A stretch of 64,000 nucleotides of DNA. Origin: Lepidodermella squamata (lineage: Eukaryota; Animalia; Gastrotricha). Numbering within the stretch: position 1 is the stretch's first letter; each line of letters opens with the position of its first letter. Of this stretch, positions 52,087-64,000 are shown in pieces. Under the pieces are notes generated by a model. It saw only the letters and a list, made by a program, of their open reading frames with translations, made no database searches and was not told the origin of the DNA. Where the stretch lies: the NCBI GenBank assembly GCA_047495785.1, contig JBLDXI010000019.1:2170001-2234000 (forward strand), given 5' to 3'. A program made the position numbers and the translations under genes.

Positions 52087-53231
52087 AGCAACGCGGGTTA
52101 TTTTTCCAAGCGAATGTGAATGACCTCGATGATTTCGATTCTGAACTATATTTTCTTAATTTTAATATAATACAATGACAAAAAATATTATAGGTATGAA
52201 ATACATTTCTTAAAAAAATAAGTTCACAATAATTTCATAATTTCGCGAATAATTTCACAGACGGAGGTGGAATTATAGTAATCGAAAAAAACGTAGTCGA
52301 ATTTTTGAAGTTGAAGTTTTAAAGTTTTTGAAAGGGTCTTTCAATACCACCGCCCCTTATATGGGGCTGTCCCATATTATGACTGTTGCTCCTATTTTAT
52401 GAGGGTAATAAATAAATAAATTGTTAAAATAATGAGGAATAACTGATATATTTAGCGCGGTTGCCGTTTGCGCAAATGTCGTCGCGCAAACGACGCCATA
52501 AGTGGAGATACCATTTTCATAAACTGTTCTATATCTTGAAAATAAAAATGTTAAACTATAAGCAAAATCCGAATTGGCGAATTTTTCAGTTTTACCGTCA
52601 CATTTTCGAATTGGGTAAAACATAAACAGTGCATAAATGAAGCGTTTTATGATAGGTAATACTATAAAACTGGTGTACTATAATGTTTTCATTGCCAATT
52701 CTACACCTGACGAGAACGCTTCGTTTCCAACCGTGAGTTCTTTGCTAATGAAGCGATTATGTTGGTATAAACGTTTAGTAATGCCTCAAAACACATTAAA
52801 GCGCAATGGCAGCTTTTTCGACCATTCTCTATACAGTAAGGTGACTACAAAACTAGGGTGTCTAAAAGGCGATGGGGAATCGCATCGCATAAATTCGGTG
52901 GAAACGGATGAATAACCAGTAACTCGTCGCCTCGGTGGTGACTTAGGATCTTTTCTATGCGGCTTTCACTAAACTGCACTAAACTTATGAACTGTCAAGA
53001 CAAACTTTTATCAAAATTAAATCATTATTGACAAACGAACTCAAAAATATTATTTTTTAGGACAATTAAGCGCTCGTTCAAGGTTCTAGATCAAAACTCC
53101 GCCCTCATCATCGTATTATTGGCCATTTTTTTCGAGTTCATGTCCTAGAATTTTCATCGTCTGTTTGTTTTCATTCGATGCGTTTTTTCGCCTGTTAAAG
53201 TTTCATTTTTTCGTATTCATTGCAACCATCA

Positions 53232-55464
53232 ATGGTAGTGCTACACAGACCTCGCTTCATTGTGTTCAACCCAAAGTTTATCACCTGTTTATTGCTGTTA
53301 TGCTGTTCCGCCCTGTTGATTTGGCTCGATTTGGGGTTGCGATTTTTACCGCCTGGTTATCGCATCGCTTGCCAGGTAACTGAATCTGCTTTATTCGCAA
53401 ATAAATATTTCTATTCCATCTAAAAGAGTGACGCAAAAATAGCCGAAGCGAATAAGCAGAGGCGAATGCGAATCCGTGAAATGTGCGGCTCGCTAGCAAA
53501 CAAGCCGAACCCGCCTCACAAAGCTCCTGATTGGGAGGATTTTCGAAAATCTCATCATCGTGGCTACAGGTTTGCTCGCCAATTTTTCATTGAATTTTCC
53601 GTCATCCAGTCAATTGAATTTTTATAGGGATGTAGATTGGTGGTCTCAATTGCTTGTCAACGAAAAATACAAATTCGTTTATTGCGCGTAAGAATTTTAT
53701 TGGCCTCATTTAAATGGCAGTTTTTAATTTCTCTCAAAAAATACTTACCGTATTTTACGAATTATTAGGCAGGACCCAAATATAGGGCAGAACCGGAATA
53801 ACGGGCAGAGGGTAATGGTCATTTGAAATAATATAGGGCAGAACCGTATTAATAGGCAGGGCCTTATATGAAGTGGCTTATATGAGCGCCTGCTGGGTAA
53901 GTGGTTAAAGTTGGATAGGTTGCGATTTTCCATCGGTAAGTGCAATAATCGTCCTTTATCTACCTTAATCCACTTGAGCAAACACTTCACGCGTGTAGTC
54001 ACAGGTGGAAGGCAGTAGCTATAGTGGTTATTCGGCGGTTTTCACTGTTGATCTAGGTACTCTTCAGGTGGCTGATTAGGTTCAAAAAATTAAAGGGCAG
54101 AGCCGAATTAAAGGGCAGACCCTAAATACAGGGCAGGACTTGAACCTCGTTTGAAAAAAATACAGGGCAGGGTCTTATAATTCGTAAAATACGGTATTAG
54201 CACTCCGAAAAATGGTAATACAAACGTTCGCCATTATATCATTCACCTTGGCGAGTATCCAGACTTGGAAACATACGAGTACAATCGCACTGAGATGATG
54301 AAAATTCACAAGGCTGGCTTCAGATCGCCGCATATTCGCTACCTGTCAGAATTTGAGCCGGAAGAAGCAAAAAGGATAATGGCTGAATACACTAAATTCG
54401 TGTTTTTTCGAGAACCTGTCGATCGCTTGATATCAGCGTGGCGCGAAAAATTTTCTACAAATAAGTCGGATGGCGTGCTGACCAATCATTACAGGGTATA
54501 AATGTTTTTTATAAATATCTATAAAATCTAATTTTCTCGCTAGAACCTACTGAAAAATTTGATTTTTTTTTTATAAAGTTCATGTGGATAGTTACCATCG
54601 AAATTTGAAAATCTGCGGATTGGGGAAAGGTCATGGTTTTTTATAGAGTATTATTGGGTGTGCCAAGCGCGCATCCTAAATTTATTAGGGTTCAAGCACT
54701 ATATTTGAGACTCCAGCACTAGATTTCCCTTATAAATATGCTTTTTCGAGTTTCATGTTTTCTCTGGAATCTCAAATTTATGTCATCATGCCTAACCAGT
54801 AGATCTTCATAGTAACATACAAGTCATGTTTCAGCCGATGTCGATTCAAAGTATCAATGTTACAAATCAGGGATTTTTCCGATTCAGCCGTCGTGGAACC
54901 CAACATCGATTATTTTTCTGCGTATATAGCTTAGGGCGTCAGATAGCTATAATAAAACAATCAGAAAGGGCATCAGTATCGCTCAAAAAACGGTGACGCC
55001 AAAGAATATGAAAAGTTTAAGAATTTGTTCAATAAAGCTGTTCCGTTTTTATGTAGGAAGTTGGAAGCAATATAATTTCCACTTATCGTCGTAACGCTAC
55101 GAAGGAAGAAATACGTGCCGGTTTGCCTGTTACATTCGACGAATTTTTGCAGTACCTATTGGCTCCTGTGAATTCAACGCGCGACCTTGACATTCATTGG
55201 CGATCGCAGATACACGTGTGCCAATTTTGCGCTATTGATTACGATTTTATTGGTTCATTTGAAAACTTCAACTGCGAACTGGAACACTTTGCCCGGCGCG
55301 TCACAGGCCGCAAACACGTCCCGCATCTGCCTAGACCAAGTCACAAACAGAACGATGTGCCATTTTTGTCGGCAGTTAATTATGACAAGAATTTATTGAA
55401 TCGAGTGATTGATCTTCTGTACTCCAGTGACTATCAGATATTTCCTTATCAACGGCCTATTTGA
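53232..55464 (+). CDS. Carbohydrate sulfotransferase (Sulfotransfer_2 / CHST8-14-like), copy 1; exons 53232..53375, 53427..53569, 53628..53687, 54201..54495, 55057..55464
   Basis: TM anchor; 5'-PSB YCATPKNGNT; 3'-PB FFREPVDRLISAW; HWRSQ...C...DYDFIG. Frame is continuous (349 aa). Confidence 0.9.
53748..54194. mobile_element. pogo-type MITE in intron 3 of sulfotransferase 1
   Basis: TIRs CCGTATTTTACGAATTAT, TA duplication, subterminal AGGGCAG repeats. Confidence 0.85.
54686..54965 (+). repeat. Dispersed repeat; second copy at ~63094..63405
   Basis: Shared AGGGTTC(A/C)AGCACTA.ATTTGAGACTCCAGCACTAGATTTCCCTTA...GGAACCCAACAT. Confidence 0.75.
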
Positions 55465-55890
55465 TAATGGCTTCATAGCGTCTTCCAATCATTAGAGATT
55501 TACCTTCTCGAACAGAAACAATTTTCCATGGTTCTTTCGGAGACATTTATATTGGCGCGGCGGAACAGGTTTAGTTGTTCAACGCATGATGTAATAAAAG
55601 TAAAAAAGTCAGAGGAATCTTGGCCGCACCCTTACGAGTATTACGGAAATGGGCCAAAAAACAAGGGCAAAAAAGACAAAAAAGCCCTTCCAAAAAGTTA
55701 TTAATAACATAGCTGGCCGAGAAATGCAGAATATACCGTAACGATGTATCTTTTGACAGAACGTGTTTTTCGAACATTAAAAATCAGCCTTTGCTCCCAA
55801 ATTTTCACCAAAGGTGGGGACGGTGATTCTTGAATTTACTGCAAATTTTGAGAATTTTGAGAATTTTACCTGACTTATGGCAAATTAAAA

Positions 55891-56457
55891 TGTGTTCCGG
55901 TAACTTTGGACAATTATAGGGTAATTTTGGACACTCATTTGCATATGCAATTTCATTGTATATTATTATCTGTTTTTCATGGTTTTTCATTTAATCTTGG
56001 GTCAGATTTCGAAAAAAATTATGAACAGATCATCTGTTTCTAGGAAGTTCAATAAAAATACGTTTCTGCGCAGCCGCATACTTAAACCGTCCAAAAGTTT
56101 CCAAAATTACCCCAATTTTCACCTGTTTTTCAGGTAAATGCCCTGCTAAAACGCGTCGACGGATTGCCATTTTTTCTTCGATTATAGGGAGGGTACAGAT
56201 TGTTGAATACTCATGCCAACTTTTATTGAAAACTGATCGATTATTAAAAGGGTGGTCCCAAAACGGCACCCAAAGTGTAACTGCTTGTAACTTTTTCTGA
56301 AATCCGATTTCAGCTCCAATCGTCTTGATTTTTATTTCAAACGAAAGCTGAAGAGGCGGAGAATTTTATGCAAAACTCCCCATGATTTAAACGTTCAACC
56401 CTGAAAAGCTAAAAACCAAAGCAAAGCCGAAAGTGTCCAAAGTTACCGTGTCCACAA
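55891..56457. mobile_element. Degenerate MITE
   Basis: Inverted CGGTAACTTTGGACA / TGTCCAAAGTTACCG ends. Confidence 0.45.
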
Positions 56458-56473
56458 TCACCACACGTTACGG

Positions 56474-58258
56474 TATTGAAGAATAATAATGAAGATGATA
56501 ATAAAGAGAAATGACAAAAATAACACCTGATTAAATGCCGACAATTACAATACTCAGCGCGTAAAAACAAACAAATGATTCGCCGTGACAATTCAAAAAT
56601 AGGATAAGGTTACTTGAATATGCATAAAAAACTTCCACTTTTTTCAAACCCTTGTCACTCGATAACCATGGCGATCTCCGGGCTCATAAAATAAGTAAAA
56701 AAATTAAAACCTCTCAGGGGTGTCCTATAAATGTGCATAAAACGGCCAAAAAGTGAGTTTCCTCTCTTGTACTTCTGCGTATATAGCTAAGGTCATATTT
56801 CGACCATAAACAGTAAACAGTCAGAACCCATAAATATGATGAGCTCACAAAATCTCATGAGCCAATTCATCACCGTTAGCGAGCCATCTGAACCACTTCT
56901 GAACCTAAACTGCATATGTACTCGCTAATTTTTTATCTTTTTGGGTTCAAGCGTGGCGTGATAGATTGATATATTGTTAGTGCTTTTTCAACAAGACGGA
57001 ACCTTTAAAAAAAATCAGACAACAAAATGCGCATATAAGTCAAATGGCTGAAATGGCGCTATATAGGAAAATGAGCGCATTACGTAATGCGGTCGTGCGT
57101 GATAGGATTTAGGAATTAAAGTAGCTTGCGTAAAAGAAAATATCATAATGCGCACATGCGTTATGATAATTAAGACGCGAGTCACTCAGTAGACTCTGTT
57201 TCCGCTCTCTGGTTTTACACCTGGGTAAGATAAGGTTGGCAGTGAGCCGGCTTTATTTATCATTTGACACCCTCATTAGCTATCATAATTTGGTCAAAAT
57301 GCCCATAAATCAGACCTGCGACTCCTGCAGAGAGGTAACGTACTCTAAAACTATGAAAATGTCCCGCCATAATCAGTGCCAGCATCAGTGCCTGAGGCTC
57401 CGGTTCACGCCTGGGGATGGGCTCAACACGCTGATTAGTAGACAGTGATACATAAGGGTCAATAATTTTACGATACGTTTGCACAGTTCGGTTATTCTAA
57501 GACGAAGTTTCTTCAAACGCATGAGCGTAATAGAAAAATTGCACCCCGCACATGCGCTATCAGAATAAGCATTATTTCCAATAGCGCCCACCACATTATA
57601 ACAGATACCCCTTGCCAAATTCCTAATCTAACGCGCAAACGAAAGCAAATCTTGCTGTGTTTTTCGTACACTACCTAATTTCTGGATGCTGAATCCGAAT
57701 AGGGCGACAGAAAAACGTCATTTTTCAACCTTCCTGGTTTTCTACGAATTTAACTTAGTTTCCGATGGTTAGACGGCGCCGGGAGATTCCGATTCCAGTT
57801 ACTTTGATTTGATTTGATTTCTTACGTAAATCATATAAGTCTTTTTGAATCAATCATTTCAAATCAAATCTCCAAAAATCAAATAGTAAATCAATCAAAT
57901 CAAATCTTTCACATAGAGAAACATGAGTATTGCCATAGTATTGCGATACATTTCTAAGGATTCTTCAACATTCTAAGGCCGGTTTTTGGCCGTTTTATGC
58001 AGATTTAGGACACCCTCGAGAGGTTTTGAATATTTCTGTTGTTTTACTTATTATTTTATGAGCCCGGAGAACGCCCGGAGTGACAAGGGTTTGATAAAAG
58101 TGGAAATTTTTAATGCATAGTCAAGTAACTTATCCTATTTTTGAATTGTCACGGCGAATCATTTGTTTAGTTTTCATGTGATGAGTATTGTCAGCATTTA
58201 ATCAGGTGTTGTTTTTGTCATTTCTCTTTATTATCATCTTCATTATTATTCTTCAATA
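56474..58258. mobile_element. Non-autonomous element with ~280-bp TIRs
   Basis: 56474..~56752 is the reverse complement of ~57983..58258 (TATTGAAGAATAATAATGAAGATG...). Confidence 0.85.
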
Positions 58259-58285
58259 TATTTTGCATTTTTCTCTCGGCCAGCT

Positions 58286-60048
58286 ATGTTATTAATACAC
58301 CCCGTGCGTCGTTTCAACTTCAACTTGAAATGTATTTGCTGTTTATCGTTGTTATGCTGCACTGTCCTGCAGGTTTGGTACAAGTTAGGATTTCGATTTT
58401 TAGCGGCGGCTAGTGATCGCCTCGATTGCCAGGTAGTGAATGACTCCGCTTTTGTCACAAAATAAAATTCATAACGGCTTGTTATTCCGTCTGTAGAGTG
58501 ACACGGAAATAGCTGAAGCTAATAAGCTGAGGCGGATGCGAATCCGTGAAATGTGCGACTCGCTAGCAAACAAGCCGAACCCGCCTCACACAAGTCTTGA
58601 TTGGGAGTATTTTCGTGAATATCGCGATCGTTGGCACAGGTCTGCCGGTCGTTTATTTATTTTTAAATTAAACTATCAATTTTTCCATTCCAATAGTGAT
58701 TTTTCGCTTTGGTGGTCTGAAATATTTGTTAACCATAAATACAAACTCGTTTATTGCGGGTAGGATCCCTTTATTAAGAAACGTCCTTATAAATTTCTAT
58801 CAAAATATGTCAGCACCCCAAAAAATGGTAATACAAACGTTCGCCACTACATCAGGCATCTTAGCAAGCATCCAGACTTGGATACATACGAATACAATCG
58901 AACTGAGATGATGAAAATTCACTTGTTAGTATCTGTGCCGCATGTACGACGCCTATCAGAATACGAGCCAGAAGAAGCGAAGCGGATGTTGGCTGAATAT
59001 ACTAAATTCGCATTTATTCGAGAACCTGTCGATCGCTTGATATCAGCGTGGCGCGAAAAATTGTCTACAAATGAGTCGGATGGCATTCTTACACGTCTTT
59101 ACAGGGTAAACAAACGTTCAACTTCGAATTACTACTAGCCATCTGCCATCTTAGTGCGAACAACAGCTAATAATTATGAATCATCGCTGCATTTTTTGCT
59201 TGATGATGATTCATAATTTGTGCAAAAAGACCGCATCAAGATTTATTTTTAGATCATATTTTTCGTTTTATATATTATGTTGTGTTCGTATTCGAAAAAT
59301 CAGAATATTTTGTATTTAAAATTCTTGGAAAATGCATTGCTGTTAATGATGTCGTAGAGTTTAACGTGATACATTTATTTCGGGGTCCGAATTTTGGAAT
59401 TTTTCCTAGTCGCCAGAAATCACTTATCGGATATTTATTGGGTATCACAAAAATTCCTAAAAAAACAACCGTTAAATTCAGCGTAAAATTGACTCTTGGC
59501 ATATATCGAATTTGGTTTGGTTCCACTGTATTGAATTTCACTCAAAATTCGTGAATAATTAATTGGAAAATGGGGATATTTTCAATTTATCTTCAAAAGC
59601 CTATCCTTCAATGTAAAATAATTTGTATCTATTTTTATAGATAGTTGGAAGCAATATAATTTCTGATTATCGCCCAAATGCTACAGAGGAGGAAATAGAA
59701 GCCGGTTTGCCTGTTACATTCGACGAATTTTTGCAGTTCCTACTTGGTGAGGAAAATGCAATACGTGACCTGGACATTCATTGGCGATCGCAGATACACG
59801 TGTGCCAATTTTGCGCTATTGATTACGATTTTATCGGGTCATTTGAAAACTTCAACTGCGAGCTGGAACACTTTGCCCGGCGCGTCACTGGCCGCAAACA
59901 CGTCCCGCATCTGCCTAGACCAAGTCACAAACAGCACGATGTGCCATTTTTGTCGACAGTTAATTATGACAAGAATTTATTGAACCGAGTGATTGATCTT
60001 CTTTACTCCGGTGACTATCAGATGTTTCCTTATCAACGGCCTATTTGA
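58286..60048 (+). CDS. Carbohydrate sulfotransferase, copy 2; exons 58286..58432, 58497..58639, 58697..58759, 58814..59105, 59641..60048
   Basis: Same exon structure and motifs as copy 1 (YCGTPKNGNT, FIREPVDRLISAW); 350 aa. Confidence 0.9.
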
Positions 60049-60200
60049 TCATCTTTATTATTGCTTTTTGCTGTTTATTCATATTTAATCATGGCCAGAA
60101 TATAAAGCGTGTCTTCAAGAAAACTTCTCGATGTTCAGTTTGCGAATTATAGATCAAATGCTTTCAGCAGAGTTAGAATAAACACACGCGTTATATCGCG

Positions 60201-60589
60201 GGTTGTGTGCGAAAAGAGCAAGCGAAATAAGAGCAATGAGATATGAGCAACGATATATAAGAGCAAAACGAGATGATAGCAACGAGATAAGAGCAGAACG
60301 GCGAAAGAGCAATCATTAATGATAAATCATGAAAAAAATAGTCGCATGCGACTTGATTTTTTTGCTTAGGATTGACAAGTGATTCTCGACCCATAAAGTA
60401 GCTCAAATTGCTGTTCAACCGCCCCGCTATTCACTTGATTCTGACGAGGAAAAAAATATGATTTATCATTAATAATTGCTCTTTCGTCGTTCTGCTCTTA
60501 TGTCGCTGCTCTCATCTCGTTTTGCTCTTATATCGTTGCTCATATATGTATCATTGCTCTTATTTCGCTTGCTCTTTTCGCACACAACC
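60201..60589. mobile_element. MITE with 8-bp TSD (Merlin/Mutator-like)
   Basis: TIRs GGTTGTGTGCGAAAAGAGCAAGCGAAATAAGAGCAATGA; exact ATATCGCG duplication at 60193 and 60590. Confidence 0.88.
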
Positions 60590-60773
60590 ATATCGCGGGG
60601 TAGGCGACAGACCTGACTGAAATAGACACAAATGGCGTAATGCATTTGATGCGCAGAAAAAACTGGCGCTCAGTTTTTCCCGTACGTGACTGACTTGGCG
60701 GAGATGCAAACAATAGTTTTACGCCATTTGTTTCTATTTTAGTCAGGTCGCTCTGTCGCCCACCCCGCGGTAT
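60590..60773. mobile_element. Hairpin MITE whose left end was the target of the preceding insertion
   Basis: CGCGGGGTAGGCGACAGA...AAATGGCGTAA pairs with TTACGCCATTT...TCTGTCGCCCACCCCGCG. Confidence 0.75.
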
Positions 60774-61374
60774 AGAAAAAATGTCCAGTGTCATATAACG
60801 ATATACTTATTGACTTTGAAAATGACGGAAGTGGGCCAAAATAGCTGAAAATTGAGAGCAAAATGACAAAAAAACGGAAGCAATTGTTTGCTAATTGGCT
60901 GCTGAGTTTTCAAAATTGGGCCTCCTGACTCATGCAATGAGCCTAGAAAGGGCAAAAAGACAAACCGCACTTGAATATCCATTGCGCAATCCGGGGTTTT
61001 GCCTAGGCCAGTCACGTGCTGCTATTATTGTAGTTCTTAAATTTAGTCCAATCGGACTATGAATTTGTTACCTGATACCAAAATTTTGGATTTCCGTTAA
61101 AATAAAGAGCTGCACGAAGATAATAATGCGATTTTTCGATTGAAAAAATCTCATATTTTTGGAAATAATTCTAATTAAATTAAACCTGTCAAAAAGCACT
61201 CGAGAAAGAAATTAAAAAAATCATCAAGAACATGCTGTCGGGGCTCTTCCATTCATCCCATTTTCTTTTTTTCAGTCAGACACGTGCTTGAATCTTGTGT
61301 TTGTTTTTCTCAATGATTTTATCACGATTCTGATAAATCGTGTTTTATTCAGCCGTTATTTCCCCATAACCATC

Positions 61375-62663
61375 ATGGTAGTACTTCGTAGACCTCGGTT
61401 CTCTTTGTACATTTTGAAATTTATCAGCTCGTTGCTGCTACTGCTCTGCACAACCCTGCTGATTTGGCATGATGTAGGGTCGCTAATTTTCCCATTAGAT
61501 AATTGCCAGGTAAATCGCTTTATAATTTATATCGCATGTTTTGCTGAGGACTTTTATGTTCGCAAGAGTGGCCGTAAAATAGCGGCTGAAAATCTACAGC
61601 GAAGATCGCGAGTTCGGCAATTTTGCGATTCGATCGAAAACGGGTCACCTGATGCGCCTCATAAAAGCCTTGATTGGGATTATTTTCGGCAATTTCGGCT
61701 ACGTGATGAAAGGTATGTTTTATATAGCCGACTATTTTACAAAGTTATTTTTTCAATCTGAATTCATTTTAGCGATACCAGCTTTGCGGCTTGGTGGTCG
61801 AACCTTCTCGTCAACGAAAAGTACAAAATAGTTTATTGCGCGTGAGTAATAATTTTTCGAAAATAATCCAATGACAGTTTTACGGCGATTTTGCTTCATA
61901 CAGGACGCCGAAAAATGGCAATACAAACGTTCGCCACTACATCACGCATCTTAGCAAGCATCCAGACTTGGAAACTTACGACTACAACCGAGCCGAGATG
62001 ATGAAAATTCACGCGAACAGCTCTAAATCGCCGCATTTACGACGCCTGTCTGAATTTCCGCCCGATGTTGCAAAGCAAATCATGGCGAATTTTACGAAAT
62101 TTGCTTTCGTGCGCGAACCTGTCGACCGGATGATATCAGCCTGGCGTGAAAAATTGTCTACAAATAAGTCTGATGGAATAAATCGGGATCTTTACCAGGC
62201 AACATTTGAAATTTTTTTTTATTATTTTTACAACAATTATTGTTCAATTTTCCAGACAGTCGGCAAACATATAATTTATCACTACCGCCGTAATGCGACC
62301 AAAAAAGAAATTTTCGCCGGTTTACCCGTTCGTTTCGACGAATTTTTGCGATTTTTACAAGCTGAAACAAATACGACTCACGACAACGATATTCATTGGA
62401 GATCGCAGCTACACGTGTGCCACTTTTGCGCTATTGATTACGATTTTATCGGGTCATTTGAAAACTTCAACTGCGAGCTGGAACAATTTGCCCGGCGCGT
62501 CACTGGCCGCGAAAATGTCCCGCGTCTGCCTGGACCGAGTCACAGACAAAATGTGCCATTTTTGTCGACAGTTAATTATGACAAGAATTTATTGTATCGA
62601 GTGATTGATCTTCTTTACTCCGGTGACTATCAGATATTTCCGTATCAACGGTCTGCTATTTGA
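61375..62663 (+). CDS. Carbohydrate sulfotransferase, copy 3; exons 61375..61509, 61567..61712, 61773..61841, 61904..62198, 62256..62663
   Basis: Same exon structure; YCATPKNGNT, FVREPVDRMISAW. Last intron is GC-AG (62199..62255). Confidence 0.9.
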
Positions 62664-62711
62664 TTTTATTTTTGCTCGATTCCTTATACTACTGTGATTG
62701 AATTTATAATA

Positions 62712-64000
62712 TCAAGGTCCCTGCGGTGCTGACATAGCCAGAGGAAAAAACAGGGTGTCTTCAATAACTTGCGCTTGTTTCTCGGTCCTCGTTACTTGGC
62801 AGTGCTTTAGTCGATCGTGAAACCGTTCAGTTGCTCGACGCTCTCGGCTGAGGTCAAATAAACAGATGAGTTGAAATACTCAAGTTGAAAACATATATTT
62901 GAAAATATCTTTGATATTTACGGAAACAGGCCGAAAAATCCTAAAATCAGAGCAAAACGACAAAATCAGGCGGACTAGAAATAATTGGCTGAATTTTTTA
63001 ACTGATTTTAACTGAGTAGGCTTCGAGCGATTAAGAAGCCTAAGCAACTTTAAAATGGGTGAGCCAAGCAGTGAGCACCCTAAGGGTTCCACTAGGGTTC
63101 CAGCACTAAATTTGAGACTCCAGCACTAGATTTCCCTTAAATATGGTATTTCGATTTTCTAGTCTTTGCTAGAATCTCAAATTGTATGCTATCATGTCTA
63201 ACCGATAGACCTTCATATTACGCGTATTTCGCGCTATGAGCGGCCAGTTTACTAATTATACTTCATCCTATAGAGCCGATATCGATTCCAAGTATCGATG
63301 TTACAAATCAGTGATTTTTCCGATATCAGCCGTCTTGGAACCCAACATTGATAGTCTGCCTACGTAGCTCGTAGCTTAGAGCCTCATGTAGCTACAATAA
63401 AAAAGCATAGGATCAGGGAAAAACCGAAATCGCCGAAATCGCAAAGAATCTGAAAAATTTAGTGGAAGGACGCTTAAATTTAGAGCTGGAACATTTTTAG
63501 AGGTTGAAATATTTGTTCCCCTTAGGAGAAGCATGGCAAATTTTACAGAGATTACGCCTTTCAAGGAGGATGGGAGTTTAAAAATTTGAAATTTAAAAAT
63601 TCGAAATCTTTAATTCAGTTCTTCATAAAATTCGAAGCTTATCATGGGTTCCACGAATCTTCAACGCACTTATTAAGATATTTAGGAACTTTTCAGGAAA
63701 TTTGCCAAATCCCTCATTAAAACTTACTCGAGCGTCTCTAGAGTTCTATGCCGTTGCATAGCGATGAGTTTCTTGCTCTTGATCAACTGCATGGCTATCA
63801 CTCGATTCCGCTCATCCGCCCGCAGTTCCTTCTCGCTGTGCACAAATCGAAGCGCCCATTGCGGCGTCTCCCTAAGCACATCCGAGCAGTCCAACGCCTC
63901 GGACCCAATCGTATCCGGGTGATCCGCCATCTGCTGCATCGGATCGTCGACAATTTTCGCCCTCAGCTTCGCCAAGGCCAACATTTGCGGGTCGTCCCGA
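62712..64000 (-). CDS. 3' end of an uncharacterised gene; complement(join(62712..62847,63728..>64000))
   Basis: The ORF ends at a GA|GTAAGT donor. A CCTCAG acceptor continues in phase 2 (TLETL|DRERRATERFHDRL...QGP*). Confidence 0.65.

Noticed and set aside
1-64000. tRNA, rRNA or snRNA genes
   Set aside because: None recognisable by eye. An Infernal or tRNAscan-SE run would be needed to exclude them.

Overview
Gene-dense genomic DNA from a compact-genome invertebrate animal. Most introns are ~45-60 nt GT-AG, and I cannot identify the species from sequence alone. In order, the window holds: four GT10 alpha-1,3-fucosyltransferases with two CD225/dispanin-like ORFs among them; a divergent Na+/K+-ATPase alpha subunit; a C2H2 zinc-finger gene; a spliced two-domain glycosyltransferase (degenerate ABO/GT6 domain plus an alpha-1,2/1,6-fucosyltransferase-type domain); a 4-TM protein; a tandem array of Cys-loop ligand-gated ion-channel genes; orphan genes; three carbohydrate sulfotransferases; and many non-autonomous DNA transposons, several nested. 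The main result comes from manual splicing. Three channel genes encode signal peptide + two L-type (legume-like) lectin domains + Ser/Thr mucin stalk + Cys-loop extracellular domain + M1-M4. These are candidate glycan-sensing ion channels. A fourth copy survives only as a transposon-disrupted fragment. The array lies among glycan-modifying enzymes. All gene models were built by hand from splice signals and reading-frame continuity, without RNA data or database searches.
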